Shown one piece after another: positions 11,682 to 24,994 of a DNA stretch of 64,000 nucleotides. Both the position numbers and the translations under genes were made by a program. The notes under the pieces were generated by a model. It did not search any database, was not told the DNA's origin, and worked only from the letters and a program-made list of their open reading frames with translations. The stretch is from Octopus sinensis. Its lineage: Eukaryota. The number at the start of each line of letters is the position of its first letter. Position 1 is the first letter of the stretch. The stretch lies in the NCBI RefSeq assembly GCF_006345805.1, contig NC_043011.1:26238464-26302463 (forward strand). The letters are read 5' to 3'.

Positions 11682-12804
11682 TTTTGGGTCATCCTATAAA
11701 TGGGATTTTTTTCAATTGCATGAACTAAAAGGCGGATGGGAACGAGATAAACTAACCTGCATTAACAACGCAATGGAAAGTAACAACGCAATGGAAAATG
11801 CAAGGAATATTAATGCAGTATATGGAGATTGGCCAATAAGCATAAACCAGTGTCAACGGTGGTTCCAGATATTACAAGCTGGAAATTTCAGCCTAGAAGA
11901 TGAGCCTTGTCCTGGAAGATCTGTAGAGTTTGATGAGGACGTCCTGCAAACACTGGTGGAACAAAATCCCATCATAACTGTTGAACTAGCAGAGAAGCTT
12001 GGATTTGGTCATTCAACTATTCATTGATACCTGCGTGCCATTGGAAAAGTCAGCAAATTGGGTCAGTTGGTTCCTCACAAACTTTCTGAATCTAATTGTG
12101 TACAGAGAGTGAATGTATGCTCTTCTTTGCTGTCATGTCTCACAAATGAAATTTTTGGGGACTGAATAGTGACTGGTGACAACAAATGGGTTCTCTATAA
12201 AAATGTCAAGAGCCCAAGACAGGGTAGGGAAAAGAGAAACACCGGCATCCTAGGCTAAAGAAGGTCTTCTCCCACATCAGGTGTTGCTATGTTTGGTGGG
12301 ATATGAAAGGTTTAGTTCACTTTGAACTTTAAAACCCAAACCAAATGATAACAAAGGAGCTCTACTGCGAGCAGCTTAAGTCAGCGCTAGAAGAAAAACG
12401 ACCATCTTTGGTTTCAAGACAAAAGGTGTTCTTCCATCAGTATAATGCTCAGCCACATACAGCGAGGATGACATTTGAAAGGGTAGAGCAGTTTGAATGG
12501 GAAACGATGCCCTGCCCACCATATTCGCCAGGCATTGCCCCATCTGATTATCATTTATTCTGCAGTTTTCAAAATGATTTGGATGGAAAAAATATGAATT
12601 CTGTAGACAAGGTCACAACAGTACCAGAGGAGTATTTTTCATCACAGACAAGTGAATTTTGGAAGAGGGGCCTTGCAAGTCTGCCAAATAGATGGAAGAG
12701 CATTGTAGAAAATGAAGGAGAGTATGTTTTAGATCTAAAAAAATGTATCTTAATTTTGGAAAATAAAAGTATAAAAAAACTACATTATTTATGGGATGAC
12801 CCAA
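11682..12804 (+). mobile_element. Decayed near-full-length mariner transposon in a CUL4 intron
   Basis: TIRs TTGGGTCATCC(T/C)ATAAAT; flanking TA on the right; HTH region, LVPHKL (WVPHEL), IVTGDNKW, HQYNAQPH, YSPGIAPSDYHLF; stops and frameshifts. Confidence 0.93.
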
Positions 12805-12984
12805 TACCTTAACTAGAGCCACTTATCACAAACGTTTCTAAGCAGGATAAGTACACACAGTTATTTGTTATTTTGGTGCAGTCCTTGCTAGCAATAAAAT
12901 ATGATAGTAATAAGTGAATGTACTCTCTCTCTATATATATATACATTTACTTTGTTTCAATGTATTATGTTTCTGTCATTTCAG

Positions 12985-13098
12985 ATGGTTCAATATCAAG
13001 AAATATTTAAGAAGTTTTACCTCGGAAAGCACAGTGGTCGCAAACTCCAGTGGCAGCCTACGTTGGGTCATTGTGTCTTAAAAGCAGAATTTAGTAAC
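12985..13098 (+). CDS. CUL4: Cullin-4 exon
   Basis: ttcag/gtgagt; [38 protein letters not shown]. Confidence 0.98.
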
Positions 13099-14329
13099 GT
13101 GAGTTGTATATATCAACTAGTTTGGTCATATCCGCATGCTTTTGATTTTGGGGTGGAAACTTTTACTGTGCAATGTTTGTTGTTATTTAAGTGATGGATG
13201 TGGTTTTCAATAAATTCACTCTGGAAGGTGTAATCTATTAGAAAATTGCCTAACAAAATGCAGTTTCATAAAAAAATATTTTGCTCATCCCTGCTAATGG
13301 TGATAAAACTGAACCTTATTTGCCACTATATTCCATAACACAGCTTCAATATTGTGTAATTTGTGAAAACAACTTCATATATTTTTTCTTAAGTAATTTT
13401 TATATAGATTACAAGTGTCAGGTTAGCATTTAGTGTAACTTCTGTTGGAAGCCACATGTGCACATTTATAGTTTAATTGTTGATTTTTTTTCCACTATTG
13501 TCTTTCTGTAACAATCCTGGAATTTTTGATGATGGAGCTAGTTTTACGAGGAACATGAGCAGGCTACATGCTTAACAGTTGTGAGTTGTTTGGTCTCAGT
13601 TAACAAATATGATGGCTCTGGTTTTTTCACAATGAGTGTCATAACTATTTCAACAGAACTACTTTGTGGTACTATAGCATAGGCAATAACTGACTTAGTG
13701 AGAAAAGCTAGGATTTGAATTAGAGATATATTCCTTCAAGCTAGACTTGGGGCTACAATTGAAAACACATGCCCCTAATGCAGTACAGTTTGATTAAAAC
13801 CAGTATCCCATAAGGAAGTGAACTGCTCAATCATTTAGCCATCACATATACAGACATTTCAAACATTTTGTCATTCACCAGTCTAAAATCAACCTTATAC
13901 AGAAATTCTGCTCTTTGAGTTAAGTAGGTTGTTGTAGTACCTTTGAACAAAGGCATTGTAGTTGTGACTATCCTGTGTTTTTCTAACATGCACTGAAATC
14001 CAGAACCATGTTACATTATTCAGCATATCTGTCTTTGCTATGATGGTAAGGGGTGTTTTGAGGAAGATTTGGTTGCTATTTCTAGTAGCTTGAGCATCTG
14101 CGTAGATGCGCTTTTGCTGACCCATTCCTTCTATTCTTTTATTTGTTGTAGTAGGGAGTGATATGGGGGGAGGGGGTGAGATTTGCTACTATTTCTATCA
14201 AATTATGTGACCACATTGAACCTCCATACTGAAGATTTAAATCTGTAGGTATACTCAGCTTTCAAAGCATCACATCATGTACTGTAGGAGACTGCATTCT
14301 CTCTAAATGACATTTCTTTTTCTTTTTAG

Positions 14330-14435
14330 GGTAAGAAAGAACTACAGGTATCTTTGTTCCAGACTCTGTGTTTCCTTCTTTTCAATGATGGAGATGAGTT
14401 TACGTTTGAAGACATAAAACAAGCTACAGCTATAG
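14330..14435 (+). CDS. CUL4: Cullin-4 exon
   Basis: tttag/gtaagt; [35 protein letters not shown]; phase 0-1. Confidence 0.97.
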
Positions 14436-15234
14436 GTAAGTTGGCAGCTTTGTTACTCTAATTATCATGACTCCCTACAAGTAAATGGGAGAAACTAGAT
14501 AGAGTGAGAATTACTACTTATGGGTAAAGAATTGTACAGTCTCTGTGAATTGAACCCTTCCAACACTAACCCTCACTAAAGGTACTTCTATTATAGTTTT
14601 TGGAGCTAAATCCTAATCATAGACAAGCTTCTCTCTATTGAGAAGGCAAAGTATATTCTTAGGTATATAATCACAAAAGGCTGGCTGCCTGACAATTTAT
14701 GCCATCTTTCCACATTGGTATGGTTTGGATGGGTTTGTAACACAGCATCAAAGTAGGTGTTAGTGTTATCTTTCATTTTTCTGCGTTTTTACCTCCTGAA
14801 GTTCTGTGTCTTTATCCTATTTCATGTACCTTTTACTGTTTTTATTAATTTTGTGGTTTGTATAGTGGAGCAGTAATAAACTGCTTGAAGAACAACATTG
14901 GAAATGAATGACATTGCTAGTATGAAAATGACACTCATTTGCAACTATCATGCAATGACAAGACAAGTAGATAAAAATGCACACATACCCTCCCCCATAA
15001 ATATGTATTAAATGCTTATTCATGTATTTGAACTACATTACATTACACTATATCACATGTGCCATCACAATTTTAATTCAGTTTTCATCACAACTGTCCA
15101 ACGAACAGGAACGTGAAACTCTGAGTAACAGTCTTGTGATAATTTTGCAGCTTTAATAAAAGCATATTACTCTACCTTTGGTATTTGAGTACTATTTTTT
15201 CCGCCTTGTTTTGCACTTATGTGCTCCCTATGTG

Positions 15235-15398
15235 TGTGTGTGTATGTATGTATACACACACAGTTCCATCTTCCAAATCCACTCACAAGTCCTTGGTGGA
15301 CCTAGGGTCATAACAGAAGAAACTTGCCCAAGGTACCTTGCAGTGAGACTGAACCTGAAACCGTGCTTGGGAAACGAACCAACCACACAGCTACGTCT
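15235..15398 (-). mobile_element. SINE family S2, 5' half
   Basis: Reverse complement of AAGTGTCTT core and head (ACTTGCCCAAGGTACC..). Confidence 0.65.
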
Positions 15399-15875
15399 TT
15401 ATTCTCTCTTCCTTTTTCTCTCTCTCACACACGCAATGTGGTGTTGTATGCTAATAGCGTATATAATGTGCAATGTAGACGTGATTTATTTCAGGGGAGG
15501 TAACTTAGTTCACACCACGAGCAATTTCGAAATGTAAGTATTTCCTAATGTATATATTTACAACCTGCCAATTGGAATTTTATCAAGAAGACGAAAAATA
15601 AAACCTATTTAATAGCATAAAATTTCCATATTCTGTTATAATCAACAAGAGAAAAGACAAACTAAAAAAAAAAAGAATTTTGGGGGAGGTGGTGCTAATG
15701 GTTTCTTTTTCACTATTTTACTAAAATAATTGTTATACCAAGTAACTGAACATCAATATTTATTAATTAATCAAAATGTCTTTGTACCAAAGAGTTTATA
15801 ACCTCTAAATAAATATTACATCTAACAAAATGATACCAGGGGTTAATTAATAACCGTAATTTCTTACTATTGCAG

Positions 15876-15949
15876 AAGACAGTGAACTTCGTCGAACATT
15901 GCAATCCTTAGCTTGTGGAAAAGCCAGAGTGTTACTCAAAGTTCCTAAG
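15876..15949 (+). CDS. CUL4: Cullin-4 exon
   Basis: tgcag/gtaagc; [25 protein letters not shown]; phase 1-0. Confidence 0.98.
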
Positions 15950-17161
15950 GTAAGCATTCATTGTCTTTTACTTGATTCTGGTATAATTTCTCTGTTACAA
16001 CCAAATAGCATAAGATAAATTCTTCCATGTAATATGAAAGTCGGTGGAAATATAGATTTTGTATTACATTACAGAATTCCATGTCACAATTATATGTAAT
16101 ATAGAGGGGATGTCTGCAGTTGGTTTCTCACCTTATTTTACCTTTTGTGTGTATGTGTGAAAGGCAAGACTAGGCGAAGTCAGTAGAATAGCAGGTTCAA
16201 CTGAAGGTGACAATGTTAAGAGGGCAGTTTGAATTGTGTTACCCTTTGCACTGTTGGCCAAAACATTCAACACAGGTAGGTATAAATAAATACTGCTGGT
16301 GTTCTTTTTGTTACTTTTTAAAAGTCTGATTCTAATCAGAAGGGGTGATATGCCCATGACCTGTTGCAGGGCATCCAAGACTAATACAAAGGAAGTTATC
16401 TTCAAACCAGAAACTAAGTGGACTCTGCTAAAGGCACTAAAAAGGGTCAAGGTAATGGTATCAAACAGGGCAACAGTTTAAGCATATCATCTCAACAGCC
16501 AGTGGCATGATTTGAACCGAGGGCACAAAGAACAAGGAACAAATACCACAAGCCATCTAGTCAGGTGATCTTTCAGTCCTGTGAACTTGCAAACAGGATG
16601 AAATGCAAAGTTGACCTCATTAAGATTTGAACCTGGAGAACAGTGAAACTTTCTGGATGATGCTCTAATGAGTCTGCTAATCCACTTCCAGGTTTAGCCT
16701 GGTATTCAGGCCTATGCACAAACCATGACTATCCCCATCTTGATTCAAGCATATCCAATATTCCATTTTTCCTCTCTTTACAAAGGTGGCAAGGTGTGAT
16801 TTAGATTTTGTTGTCATTTTTACAGGAGCATACAATTCATTGCTGTTTGTATAAAATTGACATTCATTTCTCCTGCAAAAGAAAAAGCTACTTTCAATAG
16901 GCCACAGTCCTTTGGTTGGTGTATCTAAGCAAGTTAAAGGAACATAACTGTTAATTTTTACTGTTCCTGATTATTTCTATTTGTTTTGTCATTTTTATCT
17001 TTTATATGTGTTATATATGGGGTGGTGATTGCGGCTTGCACAACTTGATGTCTCTATTTTTATGATTACTGAATAATACAGTCTTGAAGACTGGCTTTCA
17101 TATTGTATTATTTGTCAGACTAATGTTTACATGCGTGTTTGTGTTTGTTGTTAAATTGTAG

Positions 17162-17260
17162 GGCAGGGATGTGGAAGATGGTGACAAATTTGTTTTTAAT
17201 GATGATTTTAAACACAAACTATTCCGAATCAAAATTAACCAGATTCAAATGAAAGAGACG
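17162..17260 (+). CDS. CUL4: Cullin-4 exon
   Basis: tgtag/gtaagt; [33 protein letters not shown]. Confidence 0.98.
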
Positions 17261-17749
17261 GTAAGTAAAGATTTTTTTCTTCTCATTCTGCTTCTATTGT
17301 TTTAGCTCCTGATCATCCCTGATTGAGTATGTCTTTGGTCAAAAACACTTTAGCTCTAACCACCATGCCTTTTCCCTTTTTCAGACATAAAATATCTAGG
17401 TTTCTATTATCCAATATGTCCTTTGTTCTTAATTGATTTGGACCTATGTTCAACTATTCACCTTTTGGTTTATTTTTTATTACAACCATGTTCTGCCTGT
17501 TGTCAGATCGTTCCAGGTATGCTCTAAATCATCAGACCTATGTTCAGAAATGTTCCAGTTGTGACCATCTTGTATATTAAAGACTATATTATTCAATCAG
17601 TATGTTCCTTCTTGTAGATTAGGTTGTGATCTGAGAGAGGCTGCTGTTTCTAGCAGGTTGACCCACCAAATAGAAGATCCCTCTTTGGCTTAAGGACTTA
17701 GTTACAAAAACAGTTGTATAAAAGCCAGAGTCTCTGTTTTGTTTTACAG

Positions 17750-17902
17750 CAAGAAGAAAATACTAGCACTACAGAAGGAGTGTTCCAAGACAGACAGTAC
17801 CAAGTCGATGCTGCTATTGTACGGATCATGAAAACCCGCAAGACGCTCAGTCATAATTTACTCATCTCAGAATTGTATAACCAGCTGAAATTTCCAGTCA
17901 AA
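17750..17902 (+). CDS. CUL4: Cullin-4 exon with the neddylation site
   Basis: tacag/gtacgt; [51 protein letters not shown]; NEDD8 acceptor Lys codon at 17831-17833. Confidence 0.98.
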
Positions 17903-18167
17903 GTACGTATCTCTAAATCATTGTCATGGTTTTTTGTTGTTTGATCTCAGTGATTTAGAAATTTTTTGGGCAGTCATTTACTGCTTATGACTGAGTGGAC
18001 CAGTGATTGAAATGTTTAAGCTGTGTCTAGGACTACATTGTTCCATGTATCCTGTTTTTAAGATTCTAGAGTGTAAAATTGAGAGAGATTTGGGCGCTAA
18101 TTTATCAATTTAGTTAAGTACAAAGAGGCTTCCTTAACTTGTCTTTAAATAGATTTGTTTTAATATA

Positions 18168-18552
18168 GGTGTGGGCGTTGGTGTGTGGTAAGAAGCTTGC
18201 TTCCCAGCTGCATGGTTCCAGGTTCAGTTCCACTGCGTGACACCTTAAGCAAATGTCTTCTACTTTTGCCTCAGGCTAACCAAAGTGGATTTGGTAGACG
18301 GAAACTGAAAGAAGCCTGTTTGTGTGTGTGTGTGCATACACATACATGCGTGTCTGTTTCCCATCGCTACTTGACAACTGATGTTAGTGTGTCTACATTC
18401 ATGTAACTTAGCAGTTCAACAAAAGAGACTGATAGAATAAGTACCAGGCTTAAAAAAAAATACTGTGGTTGATTCATTTGACAACAGATTCTTCAAAGCA
18501 ATGCCTTAGCATGGTTGCAGTCTAATAACTGAAACAAGTACAAAATAAGATA
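18168..18552 (+). mobile_element. SINE family S2, full length
   Basis: tRNA-like head, GGATTTGGTAGACGGAAACTGAAAGAAGCC, internal (TG)n, GAAACAAGTA tail. Confidence 0.82.
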
Positions 18553-19071
18553 CCAGGGAGTCAAAATGTCAAACATGAATAAAACTACATAAAAGCATTT
18601 TGCACTGTTTATCATAACCAATCCAGTTGGATATTGCCACTCTCATAGGAAGGTTGAATTATTTTTTTGTACTCCATGCCACTATGCTTACCACTCAACA
18701 CCACTATACCTAATGTTCTACATTTCTATAGAATGAGACGAGAGGGTGTGGCTGTTTGGTTGCTGGTAATTTGGCATGGCTGACTGGACATTGAGCCTGT
18801 TTTGGTAACTATGTTTTTGGTGCTGGAGGCACAGTACCACATACACACATCTGCTTCTAATGAAATACAAAATTATTGTGACTGGCTGTTATGTCTTTGA
18901 TGAGGTGTTCAAATATACACATACAAATACTATGAGAGAGGAAGAGAGGCAGGGGTATTAGAATTTATTAATTGAACATGATTAACATAACCACTGTCCC
19001 TCTCCTCAGACAATATATTTTGCCTTGAAATTGCTTTCCATTCTCTAAGACTTGTATTCTTTTTGTTGCAG

Positions 19072-19167
19072 CCGGCTGACCTAAAGAAAAGGATTGAAAG
19101 TCTGATAGATCGAGATTATATGGAACGGGACAAAGACAACCCTAACACTTACCATTATGTTGCTTAA
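19072..19167 (+). CDS. CUL4: Cullin-4 last coding exon
   Basis: tgcag acceptor; [31 protein letters not shown] (TAA 19165-19167), the canonical CUL4 C-terminus. Confidence 0.98.
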   Translation, partial: PADLKKRIESLIDRDYMERDKDNPNTYHYVA

Positions 19168-19826
19168 ATATTGGCGCCCTAAAGATCAATATGGAAAATA
19201 ATAATAATAATTATTATTGTTTTATCATTGATAAAAAAAAAAACCCAAACAAAAAAAAACTTCTGATTTTTGTTTCCAAGTTGTAGGACTGGTACCTTAA
19301 ACGTTGTCTCCACACTTACCACTGCTTTCTGTTGGTTGATGGCGGATGTTTGCGGAGTAAGGAATGTAGTGTTGATGATGATAACGATGATGATGATGAT
19401 CAACCTATGGTTGTGATCCTTGCTAGCATGTCTATCGAACATCTTTATTGACATTGCCAACAGTTGGACAATTATGACATGTAATCTACTACTACTACTA
19501 CTACTACTACTCCTCCTCCTCTTACTACTACTATACTTAATAATACTCTCATTTCTACCACTATGGCAACATTTACTACTACTACTACTACTGTGTTGGC
19601 AGATTGTGGGAGCTAAGCAGATTGAATTCCAGCAAGTGTTTTGCATTAGGCAAAAAGTAATACCTGCTCATCCACATGGGGGGAAAAAAACGTACCCTGT
19701 TCTGTTTTATTTCTTTCTTTCTGTCTTTCTTTTCTTACTTTTTTTTTTTTTATCTTTGTGCTGTTCTCAGACTTCTGAGTGCCACTGTGAAGTTGGTCGT
19801 TCTGAATTGTTTAGACGGAATGGTTT

Positions 19827-19832
19827 AATAAA
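19827..19832 (+). terminator. Candidate CUL4 polyadenylation signal
   Basis: AATAAA ~660 nt after the stop, followed by T-rich sequence; not unique evidence. Confidence 0.3.
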
Positions 19833-22800
19833 GACTGAAGAAATAACTTATCATTTTTCTACAACATTTATAGTTGTCTTTTTTTTTTTTTTCTCTCTCT
19901 CTCTTTTTTTGCAATCTCATTTTGACCATCTCCCATTAATCAATTAATCTCTCGTCATATATGACAACCTTTTCATTGCCAACCCAACAAGGGATCGATC
20001 CCTCAGCAATCTTATTCAGTTTGGTAGAAATAATACTCCAGCCAAATCTCACTACTGCCTTAGAAAAACATAGAAGGAAAGACATATTGGGTAAAATATC
20101 TCGGATCTTAGATACACTACCATTGTTTAACGTCCACTTATCCATGCTTGCATGGGTCAGATGGATTTTGTTGAGGTAGGTTTCCTATGGCCAGATACCT
20201 TTCCTGTTCCCAAGTAAGGCAATATTTTCCCCATGTCAGATGTGTTTTTCACTGAAGACTGGAAATAAGCAACATCACTCGTATGGTGTTGGTTCCTCAG
20301 TTACAATCATCACGTGATGTCAAGACAAGGTTACACATTAAAAATGAACACATGCATATGCATTTACACAACAAGCTTCTTTCAGTTTCTGCCTGCCACA
20401 AAGTGGGACTGAACTCAAAGCCATATGCTTGGGAAGCAAGCTTCTTAACCACACAGCTATGTCTGCACCTATACACCGCTGCACTTAAAGAAATACAGGC
20501 TGGTCATGGTTGACTGCAATACCTTTAACCAGAGGCATATGTTCAACCAGGACTGGCTTGACTTTGGGAAGCAAGCTTCTTACCACACATTTTTTATATG
20601 GGATTTTAGTCTCATATTCCTTATTTCATCGAGCTCAGCTGTTGGCAGAATTTATTTTTGTCTTTGGAGTTGGTGCTGGAAACATTGCTTTGTAGTATTT
20701 ACTCCAGCCCTTTGTAGTCTTGAGTTCAAATCCCACTATGGTCAACTTTGCCTTTTATCCGTCTGGTGCTGATAAAATTACTAGTCAAGTATAGGGGTTG
20801 ATAGTATCGATTAATCACCTCCCCTCAAAATTTACTGATCTTGTACCTGAATTAGGAACAATTGTTTTTACTGTAGGTTTAGGGTCTGCTCCCTCCCTTC
20901 TTTTCCCACAAAATAACTCTATGAAACAAAAAGCAAGGAGTCTGGTTGCTGTTCAAAAAGAAAAAAAAAAGCATTTCTCCTGATTTTCTGCAGACGTAAC
21001 TCAAAATTATAGGTTTAATCCTGCATCAGCCAAATTTTGTTGATTCTGGTGTCCTTCCATAATTTTTGGGGCGCTTTTTTGAATAACTAGAAAGCTGAAA
21101 AAGTGAAGTGGTTTTAATTTCCTTACATCAAATGAATCAAATAAAAACTGGTTTTCTTACACAGGTTTTGAGAGAAAAAAAACGTAGGAGACTTACTGTA
21201 CATGATAAGAATTTTAATATTTCCGATAGTAAATCTCTTCATTAGATTTCAACTGCTTGTATTATCCTAGTTCATACGATGAACAGGAATTTTAAAAAAT
21301 CACTTACCTCTATATATCTGTAATTGTGTGTTTTATATAGATTATTAATACTAAATGTACAAATATATCGACGGAAAAGTAATGCAAAGCAAATAAGTTA
21401 TACAATTATGTGTTCGAACCTACAGTAAATTTTTCAATGATTTTTTTTTCCCCCAATACACACTGGGTGTGTATTCCAGTTCAGTCATACAAAGTTATGA
21501 TAAATGAAGGACTTTCACGCGGTCTAGTTAAGTCAACATATAATACTTGATGTTTTCATAGATTCTAACAAAGTGCTTGCTAGAATTCTATATTTATTGA
21601 GCGAGTGAGTGCTATTAGACGAATAATGGACACAAAGGAAAATTAGATGTATCAGAAAAAGTACACAAATTGGGAATCGAGAGTGTAACCATTTAGCAAC
21701 TAGATTGGTTTCAGTACTGGGTGCAGGCATTTATTTAGAATTTGCATTTTAGTTTGGTGTTGGTGTTATAGTAGTTCTATACTGCGATTTGAACTTCGAA
21801 CTTCTTGGTTTCCAAACACAAAAAGCTGTAGCCAGTAGTTTGTCACGTCAGCAAAAGTCTGACCGATGGGTTTGTTTTATAAAAACAGTTAATATCCTAA
21901 CCACTAGGCCATGAACGGGTATGGTTGGCTGCTGCAGTAGTGGTAATGATGATGGTTACTGTGGAAGTAATGGCACTGCTATGACGTCTGAACTTTGGGT
22001 TGGCCTGGTACTGGTGGTATTGATTTTGGTTTGGCTCAGTTTCTGCTGTTTCTAAGACTTAGTCGTTTGCTGCATGAAGTTGTCAAAGATTTTTCCAACA
22101 GGCTCTCTCAGAAGTCATTTTCTGTGGAAGTAATGGCACTGCTGTGACTCCTGAACTTCATGTTGATATGGTGGCCAATTTTCCAGGTCGTCATGGAGGT
22201 TTCGGTATTGGTTAGAGATTGTTACGATTCTCTTCACTTAAGCTTTAAATTTCACCGAGGTTAACTTTACCTCTCATCATCATTCTATGGTCATCATAAG
22301 GCAGAAAGAAAGTGCAACGTCTGCACTTGTTCACTGCAATCGTATGACAGATGCCATTTCATACTAAGATAATGAAGAGAGCTTATTTTTCTTGGTCCTT
22401 TCGAATTCCTTTTAAGAACACGGCCGGGCAGGTTTGGTTGGTGAAGAGACTTGCCGCTGTTTGGGATCATTCTTTCTCTTTAGAACTTTATTCGCGGTCT
22501 AGTCAAGTACTGCCCTTCCTCTTCTAGTAACTTCTTGCAGGATGTCCAAAACTAGGGTAGAGTGGAGAAGTAGGGGAAGGAGTCGTGATTCATGGGTTAA
22601 TCCATAATCGAAGACCTGGCCAGAATGTTTGCAGCAACTCTAAAATCAGCCAAAGACAGCCTGGTGGTGATGGTGTTGAATTGAACGATAGAATAAGACT
22701 ACCACTCAATAATAGGTACAGAGCATTCAACGGCATTTTCCTGGAGCCATTTTCACACAAAGGTAGTTGACCCGAAATTATGAAAGAAAATACTTGGGTT

Positions 22801-24075
22801 TGATCCCAGAACTGCAGCGAATTTTTCATCTACACAGCCTTGCCTGTTGTATAAACTTCAAAAATCAATCTCCTCATTTCAATGAGACAATAGTTTTGAA
22901 AATGATAAGCTTACTAATATCGGATGCTTAAGTGAGTGACTTAGTTTTGCTACATGAGAGAGAGAGAGAGAGAGAGAAAACTTCCTACACTCGCCGTAAT
23001 ATTCTTCGTATTCCTTCAATTTATCTATTCGAAGTGAGAGTTTTTCTGGAAACTTTTCCAAAATTAGTTTACATGAATCTTGATCGACCAACACTGATGA
23101 ATGATCTCTTCAAATTCCTCTCTTAAACTTGGTAAATATATTTTCTTCTTCTCCATCACGTTTAAGTCAAAGTAAACGTGATATTGCAAACATCAGTCCT
23201 AGCCCAATACATTTCTCTGGTTATATTAAAGATTTGAAGTGTATCTTTGATGTAGTTTTCCTATAGTTTTGTTGTGGGTGTTTAAGACGTGTTATCGTTG
23301 AGTTGGTGAATGAAAATATGTGAAGAAGTAACTGAACACCCGCGGACATTTAACAGAAGAATTTATTATCGCACATAAAGACAAACTGCGTTGGCTTTTT
23401 ACAATTAGCAACAGTAATAATTAAATACTGGGAGAGAGATACCGCTCTAAGTTTGCCGTTAGATGTTGGTACAATAACATGCGGCTTGCCTAACACATCT
23501 GAAAACAATTGTGCTATCTTCGAGGTGACGGAGGTTCTTGGTCATCTATCTGCACCATCTGTCTTAGCCGTCGTTCTGGATCGTCTGATGTTACAAGAAT
23601 GGAGATACATATCGCTCAGCTGCCTCAACATTCTGCCTAGCAAGAGGTGAGACGTGTGAATTTGACGGCCGGTCTCAAAGTTCTGCAAAGTGTGTAGGCG
23701 CCAAAAAGCGTAGAGTACAAGAAGATTGAATCACGTGATGAGTTGATGCTGACCGGTTGTTTGATAGACCGATCGTGTGAAACTATTGTGCTTCGTTCAT
23801 GATGTCTGACCGGTTACCTAATGGTTCGGCTTCGAATCACTGCTTCAGCTTCAATGCTTTTATATAAAATATAAAATATCTTAGATATGACTACTAAACA
23901 TTCCATTCTTATAATCAAAATATAATACTAACTTTAAACTTAGGCAAGAAAAGGATATACTCGATAATATCATCCCACAAGAATAAAAGCTTAACTAGTT
24001 GTTGTATATATCCTCAGACATTTTGTTCGAACAGACCTCGGAAACGTACTCTAGCATGCTTCGATGCGCACTTTT

Positions 24076-24577
24076 CCACTTTGAACTTTTAACCCCAAAC
24101 CAAACGATGACAAAGATCTACTGCGAGCAGCTTGGGCAACTTAAGTCAGTGCTAGAAGAAAAACGACCATCTTTGGTTTCAAGACGAAAGGTGTTCTTCC
24201 AACAGTATAATGCTCGGCCACATACAGTGAGGGTGACATTCGAAAGGTTGGAGCAGTTTGAATGGGAAACGATACTCCATCCACCATATTCGCCGGGCAT
24301 TGCTCCATCTGATTATCATTTATTCTGCTGCCTTCAAAATGATTTGGATAGGAAAAAATATGAATTCTGTAGATAAGGCCAGAACAGTGCTGGAGGATTA
24401 TTTTTCATCACGGGCAAGTGAATTTTGGAAGAGGGACCTTGCAAGTCTACCAGATAGATGGAAGAGCGTTATAGGAAATGAAGGAGAGTATATTTTACAT
24501 TAAAAATGAACTTTGTCTTAACTTTGAAAAATAAAAGAAGTAAAAAAAAGAACTGCATTATTTATGGGGTGACCCAA
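24076..24577 (+). mobile_element. 5'-truncated copy of the same mariner family as 11682-12804
   Basis: QQYNARPH and YSPGIAPSDYHLF; right TIR ATTATTTATGGGGTGACCCAA. Confidence 0.9.
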
Positions 24578-24587
24578 CTTATATATA

Positions 24588-24994
24588 CTAACGGGATCCG
24601 AGAAAATTCCACGGAACGAAAAAAGTTAAGAGGAGCTAATCAAGAAAGAAAGGATGATTTGCATTTTTATTGCATATAAATCTTATTGTTTCCTATGCAA
24701 TAAATGACAGAAAAATATCCAATAACAATCTTTACAATATTTAATACACCTATCATTTCTTAGTAATTAATTTTATTGAAACTAAGACCAATGTATAATT
24801 GCATATTCCTTTTCACGCAATATTTTATTATAATTACTTTACCATTATATGCAACTAATGTACATAAACTGACATAGAGAATATACACAATGTTTTTATT
24901 TACTTGATTAGTTTCAATTCCATTGCGAATTTAAACAAAATAACATCTACTTATTTTGCGAAGTTATATCACTTCCGGTCACAATAATATATGA
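24588..24994 (-). mobile_element. Possible non-autonomous Helitron-like element
   Basis: Minus strand begins A|TCATATATTA and ends imperfect hairpin..CCCGTTAG|T. Confidence 0.45.

Noticed and set aside
11716-12812. Domesticated or SETMAR-like transposase gene
   Set aside because: Multiple stops and frameshifts, a catalytic D to Y change, retained TIRs and no splice connection to CUL4.
19179-19947. Long ORFs of 155 and 175 aa overlapping the CUL4 3' UTR
   Set aside because: Products of (CTA)n, (GAT)n and T-runs (poly-L, poly-S, poly-I); no domain.
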